A DNA stretch of 62,891 nt, filler included, from Basidiobolus meristosporus CBS 931.73 (lineage: Eukaryota > Fungi > Basidiobolomycota), in NCBI GenBank assembly GCA_002104905.1. It is 3 parts of 3 records of this genome, joined end to end, with 100 filler letters (N's around TTAATTAATTAA, not from the genome) between each part and the next. Parts side by side here need not be neighbours in the genome. Positions count along the whole stretch, not along the records: positions 34,978 to 62,891 come from MCFE01000894.1; 2 more parts are not named here. One strand, 5' to 3'. Under the pieces are notes generated by a model that saw only the letters and a list, made by a program, of their open reading frames with translations, was not told the origin of the DNA and did no database searches. Each line of letters starts with the position of its first letter. Positions within the stretch are counted from its first letter, which is position 1. Both the position numbers and the translations under genes were made by a program. Shown piece after piece: positions 61,001 to 62,891 of the stretch.

Positions 61001-62891
61001 AGGTGTCTTGCTCACTGGAGGGCTATCTCCTGTGTCAATGGCATGATCCACGTCTCTGACTGGTGGTAGGCTTACAAGCTCATCTGGAAACACGTCTGAA
61101 TATTTCTTCAAGAGAGTCTGGACCTGCTGGGGTGCTAGGATAGAGGAATCCTCCTGTAATACCGCCATGAGGAACATCTGGGTACCTTTTCTAAGTGCTC
61201 TACAGAACTGGGTCTTGCTAAGTTCACTTGTCTCACACACACTGGAATTGACCAAGTTGAAATCCAGCCTGGCAGGTAATAGCTCATAGGTCTTGTTGTC
61301 TTTTTGGATCTGAGTAGCATGGGTTCTCCAGTTGATTGATGGATCACGACAAAATAGCCAGGTTTTCCCAAGTACAAGGTCAAACTTGCAGTTCCCAAAT
61401 ATATAAGCCTGTAGGTCTTCTTCATAGTCATTGATCTTCATTCTTACTGGCTGGGTAATACGGTTGATTATGTGGGAGTTCCCATCAGCTGTGGAGACTG
61501 AAGTTGATTTGGTAGGTTCCGAGTTGATTCCAGCTTTCAAAGCAAATTGCTCTGACATGTACTCATGCGATGCTCCTGAGTCAATCATGATCTTGGCAGG
61601 TACTCCATTGATTGCTCCATTCAGGTACAATAACTTCCCTGAGTTTGAAGTCATTTGGGACAAGTACTCTTCTGTCATATGGAAGGTGAGTTCCGAGTCT
61701 TCTTCAAGCTCATCTTCCTCATTATTGTGTTCATGGGACTCAATATGGTTGAAGGTTCTTGTTGGCTGGTGTCCATTTCTTTTCTGAGGGCAGTACTTTG
61801 CAATATGTCCCTGCTGGTGGCAATTGAAGCAAAGTCCTCTCTTCTTGCATTCTTCTGAGGAGGGATTCTTCTGCATAGCGTCTATTTCCATTGGTACTGC
61901 TTCTGATTGTCTTCTTTCATAATGATTATAGCCTTTCTGACTAGTCACTGTAGGCTTCCCAACTCCAAACATAGCTGAGTCATAGTCAATGGCAATCTTG
62001 ATGGCTTCTTCAATAGTCTGAGGTCTTCGGTAATTGACTTCCTTGCGAGTTCTTTCTTTCAACCCATCAATAAAGTACTCAACTTGATCCAAGGGGTCCA
62101 TTCTTTCAATTTGTCCAAGTAGACATCTGTACTCATAGATGTATTCTTGCACCATTCCTTTCTGTCTGAGTGTCTTTAACTTCCTTCTTAGTAGTGTCTG
62201 CTGGTGTGGAGGTTCAAAAGCATCCTGAATTTCCGACACAAACTCATCCCAGGTAGAGATTGTAGAGCATCCCATCATAGTAGCTGACCTGATCTTGTTG
62301 TGGTACCACTGTAAAGCTGCATCTGCCAGGTAAGAAGCTGCATAATGCAACTTGCTCTCTGGAGCAATTCCTTTAGCTTTAAAAGCTTCTTCAATCTGAA
62401 AGAGCCAAGTTCCCAGGTTTTCATTGACTCTGCCATGGTACCGGTTGACCTTCACACTAAAGTTGCTCTTGACAGGGCTTTGCTGGCTCTGAGCCATGGT
62501 AGTCATTCCTTGTTGCTGTTGGCTGAGGATCTGGAGTAGCTGTTGCTGTTGGGCCAGGATTTGCTGCATGGCATTCTTCCATTCTTGATTGTCCGACATC
62601 TTGAGGGTGGTTTCTTCTTTCTTCAGGAGGGAGGTTTCTGGTTATCGCTGCTACCAATGTTACAAGTCTTGGTATAAGAGTTGTAGAGGAATAGGGAGTT
62701 TAGCTAGTATTGTATTCACTAAAACTTGAACTGATTTTTATTGAGGTTCCAGCAGCTCCTTATATACATTTTGCCAGATCAATTGCTGACTAATTGTATT
62801 TCCTAATGTAGGTTGTGGCTGATGACTCATTTGATTGCATCATCATCACCCAATAAGATCCTACTTAATATATCTATTTCTGTCTGATAAG
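58088..62891 (-). mobile_element. Second intact Ty3/gypsy copy; 5' LTR (62658-end) cut by window edge
   Basis: 3' LTR at 58088-58455, same PBS. Offset 16823 from the first copy, with only a handful of substitutions. Confidence 0.97.
58466..62599 (-). CDS. Ty3/gypsy gag-pol polyprotein (1377 aa), second copy
   Basis: Four amino-acid differences seen versus 41643-45776 (L/S, N/D, L/Q, Q/H). Confidence 0.97.
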   Translation of the reverse strand: MSDNQEWKNAMQQILAQQQQLLQILSQQQQGMTTMAQSQQSPVKSNFSVKVNRYHGRVNENLGTWLFQIEEAFKAKGIAPESKLHYAASYLADAALQWYHNKIRSATMMGCSTISTWDEFVSEIQDAFEPPHQQTLLRRKLKTLRQKGMVQEYIYEYRCLLGQIERMDPLDQVEYFIDGLKERTRKEVNYRRPQTIEEAIKIAIDYDSAMFGVGKPTVTSQKGYNHYERRQSEAVPMEIDAMQKNPSSEECKKRGLCFNCHQQGHIAKYCPQKRNGHQPTRTFNHIESHEHNNEEDELEEDSELTFHMTEEYLSQMTSNSGKLLYLNGAINGVPAKIMIDSGASHEYMSEQFALKAGINSEPTKSTSVSTADGNSHIINRITQPVRMKINDYEEDLQAYIFGNCKFDLVLGKTWLFCRDPSINWRTHATQIQKDNKTYELLPARLDFNLVNSSVCETSELSKTQFCRALRKGTQMFLMAVLQEDSSILAPQQVQTLLKKYSDVFPDELVSLPPVRDVDHAIDTGDSPPVSKTPYRMSPLELEEMKKQIDQLLEQGYIRPSKSPWGAPVLFVKKKDGTLRMCIDYRALNSVTVKNKYPIPRIDELLDQLNGATIFSKIDLMSGYNQIRVKPEDIPKTAFRTRYGHYEYLVMSFGLTNAPATFMTLMQTVFQEYLDKFVIIYLDDILIYSMTEKDHMVHIEKVLKKLRENKLYGKLAKCEFFKEHVEYLGHIVTSTGVTLDPKKVEVIKNLKQPHSISELRSFLGMVSYYRRFVKSFASIAAPLTDILKKDNTYKWDIACETAFQTLKNELAKLPSLRIPDFRKEFTLCTDASDYAIGGVLSQEHEGKDYPVAFESKKLNSAEQNYPVHEKEMLAIIHCLKTWRCYIEGVKCTVKTDHASLKYIFTQKVLSRRMTRWSEYIQQFDLKIVYCPGKNNTVADALSRLDQVAQLNLVHESDWPSLLPKYLEDQAIPNEVDEDIKKIIRDEASKFVVQNETLYRIVDGSPIAYCPYVARLDLIHKLHNGYGHLGIEGTYSLVKARAWWPRMKQDIEKLVKTCPNCQINQGQPQRIAELFPLEPVRPFERWGIDFIGRLPTTRKCNRWILVAIDHATKWPVAKAVPIASEQEVASFIYHEILMKFGCPVEILSDRGANFMAKTLEAYLEMQQIRHLKTSAYHPRTNGVTERFNGLFGKMLTKYANGVVSRWDEYIDQALFACRVRVHNTTHQSPFYLVYGCKPRIPGDLTQPKLTDTLEDELSQPSRHQQLEQRRQEAQTKVSQSAEKMKQRFDKTIAPEALTVGNFVLLRNNTRKKFEPQWTGPFKIIRECPFATYQLVDKQGNIREDLVHRDRLKLARLADNTEPSRYWYHKKRDSGEPSQL

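Noticed and set aside
1-62891. CRISPR arrays, rRNA or tRNA genes, prokaryotic operons
   Set aside because: None seen. Repeats are LTRs, coding octarepeats or duplications, and the tRNA-complementary stretches are primer-binding sites.

Overview
This is eukaryotic, almost certainly fungal, nuclear DNA (probably a non-Dikarya fungus; inference). It is three contigs joined by two 100-bp scaffold gaps (17363-17462, 34878-34977). The left contig (1-17362) and the right contig (34978-62891) are CpG-depleted transposon nests. They contain many nested Ty1/copia copies (one full-length with TSD but defective), a young Ty3/gypsy family (two uninterrupted 1377-aa gag-pol copies, one truncated copy, plus decayed copies and solo LTRs), and CACTA/EnSpm-type DNA transposon remnants. 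The central 17.4-kb contig is a CpG-rich island with no recognisable LTR element and only two recognisable gene families. The first is four intact genes plus one pseudogene for small secreted proteins: signal peptide, a six-Cys CBM19-like module, and a His/Asp/Trp octapeptide-repeat tail. The second is three intronless POT/PTR2 di-/tripeptide transporters plus a fourth relic. The main lead is this pairing, a possible ribosomally encoded peptide-metallophore and uptake module. The sequence features are direct observations; the function is a hypothesis.
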